Assembly (NCBI GenBank): GCA_963754945.1
Contig: CAVWIG010000008.1
Location: forward strand, 1-52,555
DNA: 52,555 nucleotides
Direction: 5' to 3'
DNA from: Methanotrichaceae archaeon
Lineage (GTDB): Archaea > Halobacteriota > Methanosarcinia > Methanotrichales > Methanotrichaceae
The notes beneath the pieces were generated by a model, which was not told the origin of the DNA, ran no database searches, and saw nothing but the letters and a program-made list of their open reading frames with translations. The translations under genes were made by a program, and so were the position numbers. Below, in pieces: positions 1 to 10,091 of this stretch (within the stretch, counting starts at the first letter, position 1; the number at the start of each line of letters is the position of its first letter).

Positions 1-262
1 ATGTAACAACTGTCGCAAGAGCTGGAGTAAAATTCATGATGAATTCGGTCGTTTACAACCTGGAACAGTTGAAATATTTAGTGCATAAACAAACAGCCTA
101 GCGGAAGCTCTCTAAAAAAGCGCAAAAATTAGAAACAACAAGGTAAATTGAAATCTAATAAGCCAATTTAGGGGTGAAATATGCTAAAAAACCACTATAA
201 AGATTGAAAATATTAACGCAAGAATTTAAGGCTTCATTAACCAACACTAAATCGAAACCCTC
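1..262 (+). mobile_element. 3' 262 bp of IS5-family element (end of transposase plus right terminal inverted repeat)
   Basis: Matches 7772-8033 of the full IS copy and ends in ...ATCGAAACCCTC. Confidence 0.95.
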
Positions 263-1264
263 CTTAGACAATCCAGAAGTAAAAAGGTAGTGCGGTTCGC
301 TGTGGATTGGAGAGTTGCAGTAGCGAGCCACATTATTGACGATATCAAGAGTCACGAAGCGTTCAAGGTGGTCATAGATTGTGCTGAAAAGGCTGATTGG
401 AGAGTCAAGGAAGATCATAGGACTCAAAATAAGTTTTGGGATCTGGTTGAGGCGTTTGCCATCCTTCGATATAGGCAACGAGTCATAGACACGGAGGGCT
501 GGCTCCATGCCCTTGTCGAGGATTTCAATGAAGCCAAGACGGTTTTCATGAAAAGGAGATTCAGCCACAGGACACACTTGACAGGCGCTCAAACCAAGGT
601 AGTTAAATCCGTGATCGCCTTGCAGAATGAGCCGGATGGAGCGACCCAGGCCCGAATAGCTGAGGATTTAGGAATTTCTTTTAGGGCCGTGTCCAAGAGT
701 CTTAATGCAATAGAAGCTAACACCCGGTTTATCGTACATGAATTGAATCGAGGGACCAACTTCTATAGATGTACGGTTCCCGCTCTTGAGGTTCTCTATT
801 CGGAGGGGAATATTGTCTCCCTGCCTGATGACTACAAGGATTCTACTATGTTTCTACCGCCTTTCTACCATGTTTCTACTACTATTCTATCTAATAAAAT
901 CAATAACAATGGATGTAAAAGGGTAGAAAGAGTGTCTAATTTAAAAGAATGTAACAATGAACTTCCTAAAGTCGATGAAACATTGCTATGCTCGGAAAAT
1001 AGGGCGAAACAGGCGAATGAGCAAGCTGCGACGCAGGCCAAGGTAGAAACACAGGTAGAAACCGGCCCAAATCCTCGAAAATTCGCTCTTCCTCTCAAGG
1101 TGAAATTCCTGAAACCCTGTGGCCGGTTTGTAGGTGAAGATCTCCACATTCCGGGTGAGATTACAAACTACGGTCCTTATGAAATTGGCAATGTGGCAAC
1201 CCTTCCAAAGCTAAACGCAACAACGCTGATCATGAAAGGCGTGGCGGTGGAGGCTTCTGCGTGA
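263..1264 (+). pseudogene. C-terminal part of MCM-like AAA+ replication protein with wHTH and C-terminal GINS B-domain-like module; 5' part cut off by IS5
   Basis: Frame is open from the IS end (LRQSRSKKVVRF...); FAILRYRQR...EDFNEAK aligns with 50973-52293; HTH ATQARIAEDLGISFRAVSKSL; tail VKFLKP...YGPYEIGNVATLPKLNATTLIMKGVAVE. Confidence 0.65.
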
Positions 1265-1383
1265 AAAAAAGCAGTTCACGTTCACGAATCATAAAGAGGG
1301 ACGTGGTAAGAGTCTGGGATCTGCAGAAGAAAGCCTATCCAAAGGAAGCCTACGATGGGCACGACTTAGGCCAGGAGGCTTAG
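1261..1383 (+). CDS. Small basic protein (40 aa, not in ORF track), homolog of 50216-50353
   Basis: GTG start overlaps the upstream stop; LQKKAYPKEAYDG vs LQKKPYSKENYDG in element B. Confidence 0.6.
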   Translation: MKKSSSRSRIIKRDVVRVWDLQKKAYPKEAYDGHDLGQEA

Positions 1384-1875
1384 ATGGGCAAGAGAGGGCC
1401 TAAGTGTTCTATCTGCGAAAATCCGAAGGTTGAAGAAATCAATACGCAGATACTCGATAATCAGAAACTCGCGGATATCTCGCGGAAATTCGCGGTTTCT
1501 GCAGATGCCCTACAAAGGCACAGTGACAAGTGTATTGTCAGAGCCCTGGCGGCCACTCCAACCACAGCCGAGGTTATCACTGGTGATAAGCTATTAGATC
1601 AATTGAAAGAGGCCCGAGAAAAGGCCGTAGCTCTCTTGGACAAGGCCATCGATGCAGCCGACACTAAGGTCTATGGTGCCCCTTCTCAGTACCTCCGGGA
1701 GATTAGGGAACAAATCAAGTTATGGGCTGAGCTCGAGGGCCGGTTAGCATCACAGCCACAGATCACAATTATCAATAGCCCTGAATGGATCGAAATTCGA
1801 ACCCTAATCGTGAAGGCCCTAGACCCATTCCCCGAAGCTAAAGAGGCGGTAGTTCTTGCCATTCATGGGCGATGA
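1384..1875 (+). CDS. Putative terminase small subunit (CxxC plus HTH N-terminus, helical C-terminus)
   Basis: CSIC, HTH LADISRKFAVSADALQRH; directly upstream of the terminase ATPase. Confidence 0.6.
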   Translation: MGKRGPKCSICENPKVEEINTQILDNQKLADISRKFAVSADALQRHSDKCIVRALAATPTTAEVITGDKLLDQLKEAREKAVALLDKAIDAADTKVYGAPSQYLREIREQIKLWAELEGRLASQPQITIINSPEWIEIRTLIVKALDPFPEAKEAVVLAIHGR

Positions 1876-2626
1876 TCTCACATACTCCCTGGATCCGGTG
1901 GTGTGGTCTAGGGAAGTCCTGGGATATCATCCGGATTCCTGGCAAGCAAAAGTACTTCGAAGTCGTTCAAGAAACATCATTCTGAACTGTAGTCGACAGA
2001 GCGGCAAGAGTACAACATGCGCGGCTCTGGGTCTTCATGAGTCGGTCTATCGTCGTCCCTCTTTTGGTCTTGTAATCGCACCTTCACAGGATCAAAGCTC
2101 AGAGCTTATGATGAAGTTTGATGAGTTCCGGGGTGCTGTTGAGCTACCAAGCGATTACTTAGACACCGACACTAAGCTTGCGGTGAAATTCAAGAACGGC
2201 AACCGATTCATAGCTAGGCCAGGCTCGGAGAAGACCGCCAGATCCTTCAGCGCTGTAACTCTGCTTCTTGAAGATGAAGCTTCAAGGGTTCTCGACCCGC
2301 TCTATAACACAGTTCGCCCTATGCTCTCCGTGAGCAATGGCCGTCACATCTTGATGAGCACTCCCTTCGGCAAGCGAGGCCATTTTTTCCATATTTGGGA
2401 TGAGCAGCGGGATATGTGGGAGTGGTACGAAATTCTTGCCGAAATGTGCCCGCGCATATCGAGAGAGTTCTTAGAAGAAGAGAAAAGGACTAACCCCTGG
2501 TTTGAACAAGAATACCACTGTAAGTTCATGGAGACAACAGATAGCGTTTTCAGCTATGATCAGGTAGTGGGCGCAATCTCGGATGAGGTTGAACCGTTAA
2601 GCTTTGAGGTAGACGAATGGCATTAA
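1865..2626 (+). CDS. Terminase large subunit, ATPase domain only
   Basis: Q-motif WQ, Walker A SRQSGKST, Walker B LLLEDEA, motif III STP, FEQEYHC. Confidence 0.85.
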   Translation: MGDDLTYSLDPVVWSREVLGYHPDSWQAKVLRSRSRNIILNCSRQSGKSTTCAALGLHESVYRRPSFGLVIAPSQDQSSELMMKFDEFRGAVELPSDYLDTDTKLAVKFKNGNRFIARPGSEKTARSFSAVTLLLEDEASRVLDPLYNTVRPMLSVSNGRHILMSTPFGKRGHFFHIWDEQRDMWEWYEILAEMCPRISREFLEEEKRTNPWFEQEYHCKFMETTDSVFSYDQVVGAISDEVEPLSFEVDEWH

Positions 2627-3240
2627 GATTCTTTGTAGGGCTGGATTTGGGCCAGGCTAACGATTATACGGCTCTGTCCATCCTCGAGCGAGTGACCAGC
2701 AACAGCGAAAATGTCTATAATATCCGTCTCCTGGAGCGGATTAGAGGCGCTCCATATCCAGCCATCGTTAACAAGGTTGTAGGCATCATGGGATCTTCTG
2801 AGCTGGCGGACAGCGCCTCGCTTGCAGTGGACCAAACCGGAGTAGGTGCACCGGTTGTTGATCTCTTTAGAGCCTCGGGCCTTTACCCGATAGGCATTCT
2901 GATCCATGGAGGAGACCGTGTGACCAGCGAGGGCCTAACCTGGCGGGTTCCTAAGAGGGACCTCGTTGGTGTCTTGCAGGTGCTTCTGCAGAACAATAGG
3001 CTGAAGGTTGCTGCCAAACTGAAGCTAGGCCCGGTCTTGCAAAGGGAAATGCTCAATTTTAAAGTTAAGATAGATCCAGCAACGGCTCATGACAGCTACT
3101 CAGCCTGGCGCGAGGATGAACATGATGATTTGGTTCTCTCGGTTGCCTTGGCTGCCTGGTGGGGAGAACAAAATCCGCTGTACGAGTGGGTAGAACCGAA
3201 GCAAATTATGGGCTCGCCTGGGTATGTCGATCCATTTTAA
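2617..3240 (+). CDS. Terminase large subunit, RNase H-like nuclease domain as a separate ORF
   Basis: VGLDLG..D, VDQTGVG, HDDLVLS acidic motifs; own GAGGT RBS. Confidence 0.8.
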   Translation: MALRFFVGLDLGQANDYTALSILERVTSNSENVYNIRLLERIRGAPYPAIVNKVVGIMGSSELADSASLAVDQTGVGAPVVDLFRASGLYPIGILIHGGDRVTSEGLTWRVPKRDLVGVLQVLLQNNRLKVAAKLKLGPVLQREMLNFKVKIDPATAHDSYSAWREDEHDDLVLSVALAAWWGEQNPLYEWVEPKQIMGSPGYVDPF

Positions 3241-3258
3241 GCTGATAGATATAAAAAA

Positions 3259-3747
3259 GTGGTGATAAATACGAACCTAGAAGGTGAAAAGCCGGTCGAT
3301 GCAATAACGACCAAAAAGAAAATTCTAACCTCTGAGGACCTTATCAATGGATTCCAAGCACCGGGTGTGATTTGTGGTCAACTTAATGAAAGCTACGTTT
3401 GGCGGGTGCTCATAACAAAACCGGACACCGTTGTACCCGTGTGGCTGCTTTACCATAATCGTTGTTCGGCTAGATTAAAACGGATAGTCCGGGGTACTTT
3501 GAAAAATATTCGGAACGGAAGACAATTAGATAAGAGCGTTGACCCAAAGGAATTGAACCTGATCGCGGATATTAACGAGCGTGCAAAAGGTCTCATTTCA
3601 AACAAATACTACGATATCAAATCCGAGAAAGAGCCCTTCTCGTTTGCATTTATTGTAGGTTGTGGTTACGAGATCAATATCAACGAAAAGGATGTGCTAG
3701 GCGTAATTTCTAAGATGATTAGCCATTACTTAGGAGGTGCATCATAA
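3259..3747 (+). CDS. Hypothetical protein
   Basis: 162 aa ORF coupled to the next gene; no recognised motif. Confidence 0.55.
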   Translation: MVINTNLEGEKPVDAITTKKKILTSEDLINGFQAPGVICGQLNESYVWRVLITKPDTVVPVWLLYHNRCSARLKRIVRGTLKNIRNGRQLDKSVDPKELNLIADINERAKGLISNKYYDIKSEKEPFSFAFIVGCGYEININEKDVLGVISKMISHYLGGAS

Positions 3748-4022
3748 TGGCGGTTAGATCATTTTATGCAGAGCTTGGCATTATCGACAAAATTACATCG
3801 AAGCTGCAACCGATTACCCAAGCAATTAATTCAGCTACTGTGGATCGTACTATCAAACTTAATGCCGACATCAGCGGCTTGAGCCAAAAAGTGGCCAATT
3901 CGGGTTCAGCCATCCAGAAGCACATTGGGGGCGGGGCTAAGATCGCAGAAGGTGCCGTAAAGGGGGTCGGCAAAGCTACTGAAGATATTACTACTGGCGC
4001 ATTACTAAAGCTAATTCAATGA
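3747..4022 (+). pseudogene. N-terminal fragment of tape-measure-like protein, truncated by cargo
   Basis: GGAGGTG RBS; MAVRSF start parallels MAIRDF of 45230-48031; same position in the module; runs into the ADH 3' end. Confidence 0.5.
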
Positions 4023-5060
4023 AGCCATGTCAATGATAAAGCGGTACTTCACATCGCCCTTTAGCATCCGCTCGTATGCCTCGTTGATCTTCTGGATCGG
4101 GATAACCTCCACGTCGGCAACGATGTTGTTCCTGGTGCAGAAGTCGATAATCTCTTGCGTCTCCTCGATGCTGCCGATTAAAGAGGACGCAATGCTGCGA
4201 CGCCGGAAAGCGAGCAGATCGACATCAAGGCTAGGCTCTAGCGGCTCAATCGCGCCCAGAATCACAAGCATGCCGTCTCGCTTCAGGAGCGCTGAATATG
4301 GGTTGATGTCGTGCGACTCAGGGATGGTATTCAGGATGAAGTCGAGGCTGGATGCATACTGCTTCATTGCCTCTTCGTCCGTCGAAAGGACTGCCTCATC
4401 AGCGCCCAATCGGGGAGCATCTGCTAACTTCCAGGGCGAGGTGGTGAAGACGGTCACATGTGCACCCATCGCCTTGGCGAGCTTGACGCCCATGTGGCCG
4501 AGACCCCCAAGGCCGACAATGCCGACACTGTGGCCTTTTCCGATCTTCCAGTGGCGGAGCGGGGAGTAGGTGGTGACACCTGCGCAAAGCAGCGGGGCAG
4601 CAGCCCTGGGGTCCAAGCTCTCAGGAACCTTAAACACGAAGTTCTCTGTCACGACGATCTTGTCGGAGTAGCCGCCGAAGGTGGGCTGACCAGTAAACCT
4701 GTCCACATCGTTATAAGTAAAAGTCGGTGCATTTTGGCAGTACTGCTCTAGACCTTCGGCACAGGCTTCACAGTGCTGGCAGGAGTCGACCATGCAGCCG
4801 ACTGCGGCTAGGTCTCCGCTCTTAAAATTGGTAACATGGTCGCCGACCTTGTCCACCCTGCCGATAATCTCGTGACCCGGCACCATGGGATAGATCGAGC
4901 TTTGCCACTTATTTCGGACAAAGTGAAGGTCTGTATGACACACGCCACAATATTGGATGTCGACCGACACGTCATGTGGACCAACCTTGTGGCGAGCGAT
5001 TTGAAAAGGACCTAATGGTTGAACGGCACTTTGAGCAGCGTACGCCATTGTTGGATACAT
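4011..5060 (-). CDS. Zn-dependent NAD(P) alcohol dehydrogenase (cinnamyl/AdhC/YahK type)
   Basis: CHTD, GHE, CxxCxxCx7C, GLGGLG. Confidence 0.95.
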   Translation of the reverse strand: MYPTMAYAAQSAVQPLGPFQIARHKVGPHDVSVDIQYCGVCHTDLHFVRNKWQSSIYPMVPGHEIIGRVDKVGDHVTNFKSGDLAAVGCMVDSCQHCEACAEGLEQYCQNAPTFTYNDVDRFTGQPTFGGYSDKIVVTENFVFKVPESLDPRAAAPLLCAGVTTYSPLRHWKIGKGHSVGIVGLGGLGHMGVKLAKAMGAHVTVFTTSPWKLADAPRLGADEAVLSTDEEAMKQYASSLDFILNTIPESHDINPYSALLKRDGMLVILGAIEPLEPSLDVDLLAFRRRSIASSLIGSIEETQEIIDFCTRNNIVADVEVIPIQKINEAYERMLKGDVKYRFIIDMASLN

Positions 5061-5117
5061 GATCTAATTCTCCTTCCTAGATCGCGTAAAGATCGTTGTA
5101 ATCAAATGAGCAAAGCC

Positions 5118-6128
5118 CTAGCCACTCAGCTTTCTGATCTTGGGAAGTACATCCCTGCCATATCCCTCGAGAAACTCCTTTTGATTGGGGCCTGCAGAAT
5201 GATAGAAAAAGTGATCGAACCCTAGGTCGATATACTTCCGAGCATAAGAGACGTGATCCTCCGGCCTGGAAGATATACACATCTTCTTCTCTATAGTGTC
5301 GCTGCCGACGGCCTCGCCATTTTTGGCAGCAAGCCTTGGCGTGTAGATCTTCTGGTTGAAAAGGGCAGGAAGGAAGCTCCCAGCCCAGTACTCTTTCATG
5401 GATTTGATAGCAGCGTCTTTATCTTCTGTGTAGGCCACGTTCAGCTCGATCAGCCGCGGCATCTTCGAGGGGTCTTTTCCCGCCTCTCTGGCTCCTGCCT
5501 CGAAGTTCTCTAATATCCGCTTATATGTCTCTGGCTTATCCCCGCCGACGGTTATCAGTCCGTCACCGTATCGACCCGCAAAAGAGGCGCTTTCGGGGAC
5601 CATGGTCGACACATACAGGGGAATGGGCTTTTCGGGCCTGGTATAAAGCCTGGCTTTGCGGGTGTGGTAGTAAATTCCATCAAAAGTTGTCTCCTGGCCA
5701 GTCCATAGAGATCTTATGAGATTGATGGCTTCTATCAACATCATCTGACGTTCTTCATATCCGGGCCACTCGCCTGTGGCAGCGTACTCGTTCAGAGCCT
5801 CGCCAGTTCCTACAGATAGATAAGCCCGGCCAGGTGCCATTACTCCCAGAGTGGCAGAGGCCTGAGCGACTATTGCAGGGTGGTAGCGATGGAGGGGGCA
5901 GGTTATGCCTGTGCCGAGTATGATCTTGCTGGTCTGGACAGCGACCGCTCCCAGCCACGTCCAGCTGAAGCAGGCCTGGCCCGACTCGCTCCATGGATGA
6001 AAATGATCGCTTACATCTATCGAATCAAAACCAGCATTTTCTGCTGCTATAGCGTACTCCAGCAGCTCCATTGGTGGGTACTGCTCAGGTCCTGCTTTCC
6101 ATCCCAGCTTTAACATTGTCGTCTCCAT
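5118..6128 (-). CDS. F420-dependent LLM-class oxidoreductase (G6PDH-F420 family)
   Basis: SDHFHPW, GTGEALNE; start chosen by family length. Confidence 0.9.
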   Translation of the reverse strand: METTMLKLGWKAGPEQYPPMELLEYAIAAENAGFDSIDVSDHFHPWSESGQACFSWTWLGAVAVQTSKIILGTGITCPLHRYHPAIVAQASATLGVMAPGRAYLSVGTGEALNEYAATGEWPGYEERQMMLIEAINLIRSLWTGQETTFDGIYYHTRKARLYTRPEKPIPLYVSTMVPESASFAGRYGDGLITVGGDKPETYKRILENFEAGAREAGKDPSKMPRLIELNVAYTEDKDAAIKSMKEYWAGSFLPALFNQKIYTPRLAAKNGEAVGSDTIEKKMCISSRPEDHVSYARKYIDLGFDHFFYHSAGPNQKEFLEGYGRDVLPKIRKLSG

Positions 6129-6748
6129 TCGCGGTTGATAAACTAATATAAAGAAAGAAGGCACAATATGCATTGTTATATAGACTCGTTCATAAATAAA
6201 CTTTTGGAAACTCTTCCCCTTGCCCAATTCCGAAATTTTGAAATCTGTATTAATCCCAAGTAAAGCATTGTCAAACCAATGACAGGAGCAACTCGACCGT
6301 TATCCTCCAGATATTCAGATCAAAGAAAGCTAATTTCAGGACTACACATTATGTCCTGCGATGAGATTCTAGCATATCCTTAATAGAATTCATATCATTA
6401 ATAGTAAATTGCTATTAACATCATCAAAGTAGATGAAATTACATATAAAGCTCCGGGTATAAAATGAGCCCCAAAATCTGGGCGAATCTTGCCTGAACGC
6501 TCAAATTGTAAAAGTTCTTCATCAGCAAAAAAAGATTCGGGATGACTATGCAGAAAAGCTTCGTATATTCTGAAGTAACCAAAATCGAAAAATGAACTGA
6601 GGCTGATTAAAACGACATTTGAAATGCCTCTAATAGTCATATCGAATCGAACATATATAGATCCAAGAAGGATAAATAAGACTGCAAAATGCAATATTGG
6701 TACGACGAATAAAATGATCCATGCTGCTAGCAAACGCTTAACATTATG

Positions 6749-8033
6749 GAGAGTTTCGAAAAACTAATCAATCGAAATACTTATATACTATTAATACTAT
6801 AATATAATGCATGAGGACTCTCATTGATTTTGCCATTCGAGCAGAATATGCTCGAGTAAAAGCCCTCGGAGATGATCTATCCGAGATCGGATCGTTGATC
6901 AATTGGGAGCGTTTCAGATTTTTGGAACCATTGATATACAAAAATAAAACTAGCCGCGGAGGTCGTCCGAACATTGACATCGTGATTATGGTGAAAGCTC
7001 TCGTAATTCAGCATTGGTTTGGTCTAACAGATCCAGAACTGGAGCGACAGGTTGCGGATAGGATCTCTTTTCGTATTTTCCTTGGCACCACTGAAGTAAT
7101 TCCTGATTTCAGCACAGTTTGGCTATTCCGTGAACGTTTGATTAAGTGCGACGTATACGATGATCTTTGGAATGAGCTTCAAAGGCAGCTCGATGAGATG
7201 GGGTTTACTGTAAAGAATGGCACTATCCAGGATGCAACCTTCATAACTTCGGACCCAGGTCGGAAGAGGAACAAGAAAGACGAGCAAGGCGGGGACAAAA
7301 AGGAAGGTCAAGATTCCGAAGCCACCAGTACGAGCCTGAATCAGGAGTTTGATAAAGAGCTAATTGGTATTTCAAATAATATTATTGATGACAAGGCCAA
7401 ACCACAGAGACTCGAAGAAGAGCCAATAAATGAGGGAAGTTGGGCAAAAAAGGGTGTCAAATCCTTTTTCGGATATAAAGGTCATATCTCAATCGATACC
7501 AATTACCACCTTATCAGATATTTTGAGACTACAACTGCTTCTGTACACGATAGTCAGGTAGATCTTGGAATTGAAGGGCTACCACGTTACGCCGATAAGG
7601 GATATGATGGTGCAAAAACTCGAGGATATGATGCAGCCATGAAAAAAGCTACAAGAGGTCACAAGCTTGGAATCATAGATCTTCTGAGGAATAAGAGAAT
7701 CAGTAAAACGCGATCGCACATCGAAAGATGCTTCGCTGTTATGAAGCGGGGGCATAAGGGAGCACATGTTTATGTAACAACTGTCGCAAGAGCTGGAGTA
7801 AAATTCATGATGAATTCGGTCGTTTACAACCTGGAACAGTTGAAATATTTAGTGCATAAACAAACAGCCTAGCGGAAGCTCTCTAAAAAAGCGCAAAAAT
7901 TAGAAACAACAAGGTAAATTGAAATCTAATAAGCCAATTTAGGGGTGAAATATGCTAAAAAACCACTATAAAGATTGAAAATATTAACGCAAGAATTTAA
8001 GGCTTCATTAACCAACACTAAATCGAAACCCTC
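6749..8033 (+). mobile_element. Complete IS5-family insertion sequence (1285 bp)
   Basis: TIRs GAGAGTTTCGA / TCGAAACCCTC; 4 bp TSD TATG at 6745-6748 and 8034-8037. Confidence 0.95.
6811..7872 (+). CDS. IS5-family DDE transposase
   Basis: GRP, PDFST, QDAT, FGYKGH, HDS, ADKGY, RSHIERCF motifs. Confidence 0.95.
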   Translation: MRTLIDFAIRAEYARVKALGDDLSEIGSLINWERFRFLEPLIYKNKTSRGGRPNIDIVIMVKALVIQHWFGLTDPELERQVADRISFRIFLGTTEVIPDFSTVWLFRERLIKCDVYDDLWNELQRQLDEMGFTVKNGTIQDATFITSDPGRKRNKKDEQGGDKKEGQDSEATSTSLNQEFDKELIGISNNIIDDKAKPQRLEEEPINEGSWAKKGVKSFFGYKGHISIDTNYHLIRYFETTTASVHDSQVDLGIEGLPRYADKGYDGAKTRGYDAAMKKATRGHKLGIIDLLRNKRISKTRSHIERCFAVMKRGHKGAHVYVTTVARAGVKFMMNSVVYNLEQLKYLVHKQTA

Positions 8034-8334
8034 TATGAGATTTTCCCCTCCAGGCATTATATGTGTCCCAAGGTTTGTACATTTGGTGAGAGCGATCTAT
8101 TATCAAAGCAAAATAAATTGCAAAGAATAATATAAATAACTCTTGTGGTTCGGTAAGGGGCATATTCTACCTGATTCGTGGATCTAAGTGATGTTTGAGC
8201 GGCTGTAATAGGAGCCGCTCACGTTGTATGTTCATTCTTTTTTTGGGTGCCCAAAGGCAACGATATAGCCGCCTGAGTTGGTGTATTGACACCGTTCCCC
8301 GTATGTATAAGCAGCATGCCACTCTTGCTCGTTC

Positions 8335-9036
8335 TTATCTTTCGATATGGCTGCCGTCACAGAACGGTTTGTTCTCCGATCTTCCGCATCTACAAAGGGT
8401 GACCCTGTTCCGGATTTCGTACGGTTCGCCATCGGACGATTCGATCGGGATGCTGCCGCGCACCCAGAGTGGCCCGTGCTCACCCCCGGGAGGATATTCA
8501 ATGACGACAATGGACTTCTCTAATTCGGGCTCTATCGCCTTCCCGCATTCATTGTCCGTGATCACCAGCCGACCAGAGGGGCAGTTGCACGCTTCCTCTA
8601 TGGCAGTTTCCTTTGCATCCTGGTTATCTGATTGTTCTACAAGGCTCCAGATACCGCCGGCTCGCATGCAGAACCTGGAATGGACGCAGAGATGCTTATT
8701 ATCGGCCAATGTCAGCGCAGGACCATGGATCACTTCTGCTGCTTTGTCAAAGGGCTCGCGGTCTTCTGCCTCAGTTCCGTCAAAGCTTATCTTTGCGTGA
8801 GTCCCGTCGCAGAAGGGTTTGTTCTTCGAGTGACCGCATCGGCAGAGTGCATACTTTTCCTGTACGGGGTATCTCTTAACTTCACGCCAGGTTCTGCAAT
8901 AACCTTCGTCATCGTTGCAGATCTCCGAGGTAATAAGGGGAACTTCGCCGGTCACGATATATGGGCCATTCTTGCTAACGGTGATCTTCATGGAGTCATC
9001 TTGGGTTCCTGACGGTCTTTCAATTTTTCCTGTCAT
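8335..9036 (-). CDS. CDGSH iron-sulfur protein with central divergent 4Fe-4S domain
   Basis: Two CRCGxSxNKPFCDG(T/S)H motifs; CVHSRFC...CPSG. Confidence 0.9.
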   Translation of the reverse strand: MTGKIERPSGTQDDSMKITVSKNGPYIVTGEVPLITSEICNDDEGYCRTWREVKRYPVQEKYALCRCGHSKNKPFCDGTHAKISFDGTEAEDREPFDKAAEVIHGPALTLADNKHLCVHSRFCMRAGGIWSLVEQSDNQDAKETAIEEACNCPSGRLVITDNECGKAIEPELEKSIVVIEYPPGGEHGPLWVRGSIPIESSDGEPYEIRNRVTLCRCGRSENKPFCDGSHIER

Positions 9037-9143
9037 GCTTTATTGTGTCCTTCTTTACGAGATGATAAAGTCTTGTGAAGGCTCATTCTTATATAATTTG
9101 ACTAGTAAATGGTATGCCTAATCATATCCTCGGAGGAGTTTGA

Positions 9144-9590
9144 ATGAGCGTTGAAGAAAACCTAAGGCTAATGAAAACGTTAGATGACGCCTGGAATGCG
9201 GGGCCAGGAAGTCCAGAGTGGGAGACGTTCAGGAAACGTCATGTTGACAATGTCGCCGTGTACTGGCCCGGTCAACCCGAACCAACAAGAGGAAGACATA
9301 ACCATGATAGTGAAGCTGTGGAATTCTTCAAAATATTTCCTGATAACCATCTAGTGAACAATCCGTATAAGATCCTTTTCGGACAAGGCGACTACACTTG
9401 CTCGGTGGCTGATTTTACAGGCACCATGAAAGGGCCAATGAAGGGCGCTGACGGGAAAATGATTCCTCCAACAAACAAAAGATTCCATATCGAGTTCTGC
9501 ACAGTAGCCACATGGAAGAACGGCGAGATCGTAGAGGAGAGGCTGAACTACGACTTGCTGGGAATGCTAAAGCAAATTGGCGTGATGTAA
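9144..9590 (+). CDS. SnoaL-like ester cyclase family protein
   Basis: FPD, GTMKGPM...IPPTNK, WKNGEIVEE. Confidence 0.85.
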   Translation: MSVEENLRLMKTLDDAWNAGPGSPEWETFRKRHVDNVAVYWPGQPEPTRGRHNHDSEAVEFFKIFPDNHLVNNPYKILFGQGDYTCSVADFTGTMKGPMKGADGKMIPPTNKRFHIEFCTVATWKNGEIVEERLNYDLLGMLKQIGVM

Positions 9591-9757
9591 GAAAATAACA
9601 CTCAAACCGCAGAATGCCTTTGCAGTATGTGCAACCCGTAATTCATCTCGTCATTTTTAGATAGGCTTTGAACTAAAAGATATTATTATAAGGATGCTTC
9701 TCCATGGGGCCGTGGGATTGATGACTAGGTGGTGGGGCTGGCAAAAATCTTGAAACT

Positions 9758-10012
9758 TCAGTCTTTATCCGGCTCCATATAATGTGGTATAATCCTTTTG
9801 ATACTATGTTTTGATATTAGCTCCTGTCCCTCCCTGGTTATCACTGATATGAAAGCCTCATCCTCTCCCTCAAGAATTCCTGTACATTTGCTATCCGCAA
9901 ATCCTACTTCAATTTCTTTGTTGAGGAGGTTTTTTAGATAAGGAGCTTTGAATATTAGTCCTTCGTGAGGTTTTCCTTTTGAATCTTTCATTATTGTATA
10001 TCCTTCTTTCAT
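9758..10012 (-). CDS. Sm/Hfq-like small protein
   Basis: YLKNLLNKEIEV...GILEGEDEAFISV...LISKHSI resembles the Sm1/Sm2 motifs (Hfq YKHAI). Confidence 0.55.
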   Translation of the reverse strand: MKEGYTIMKDSKGKPHEGLIFKAPYLKNLLNKEIEVGFADSKCTGILEGEDEAFISVITREGQELISKHSIKRIIPHYMEPDKD

Positions 10013-10091
10013 GATCTATACTGTGGTTTTTGTCCTCTTATATCTTGGGGATGTAGAGGACTTCAAAGGATGGGTTCAGGGGCCGTTTTCA

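Larger units (their letters stand above)
6398..8163 (-). pseudogene. 158 aa membrane protein split by the IS5 copy
   Basis: 8163-8038 (MPLTEPQELF...WRGKS) joins in frame to 6748-6398 (HNVKRLLAAWII...) once the IS and one TATG are removed. Confidence 0.8.
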
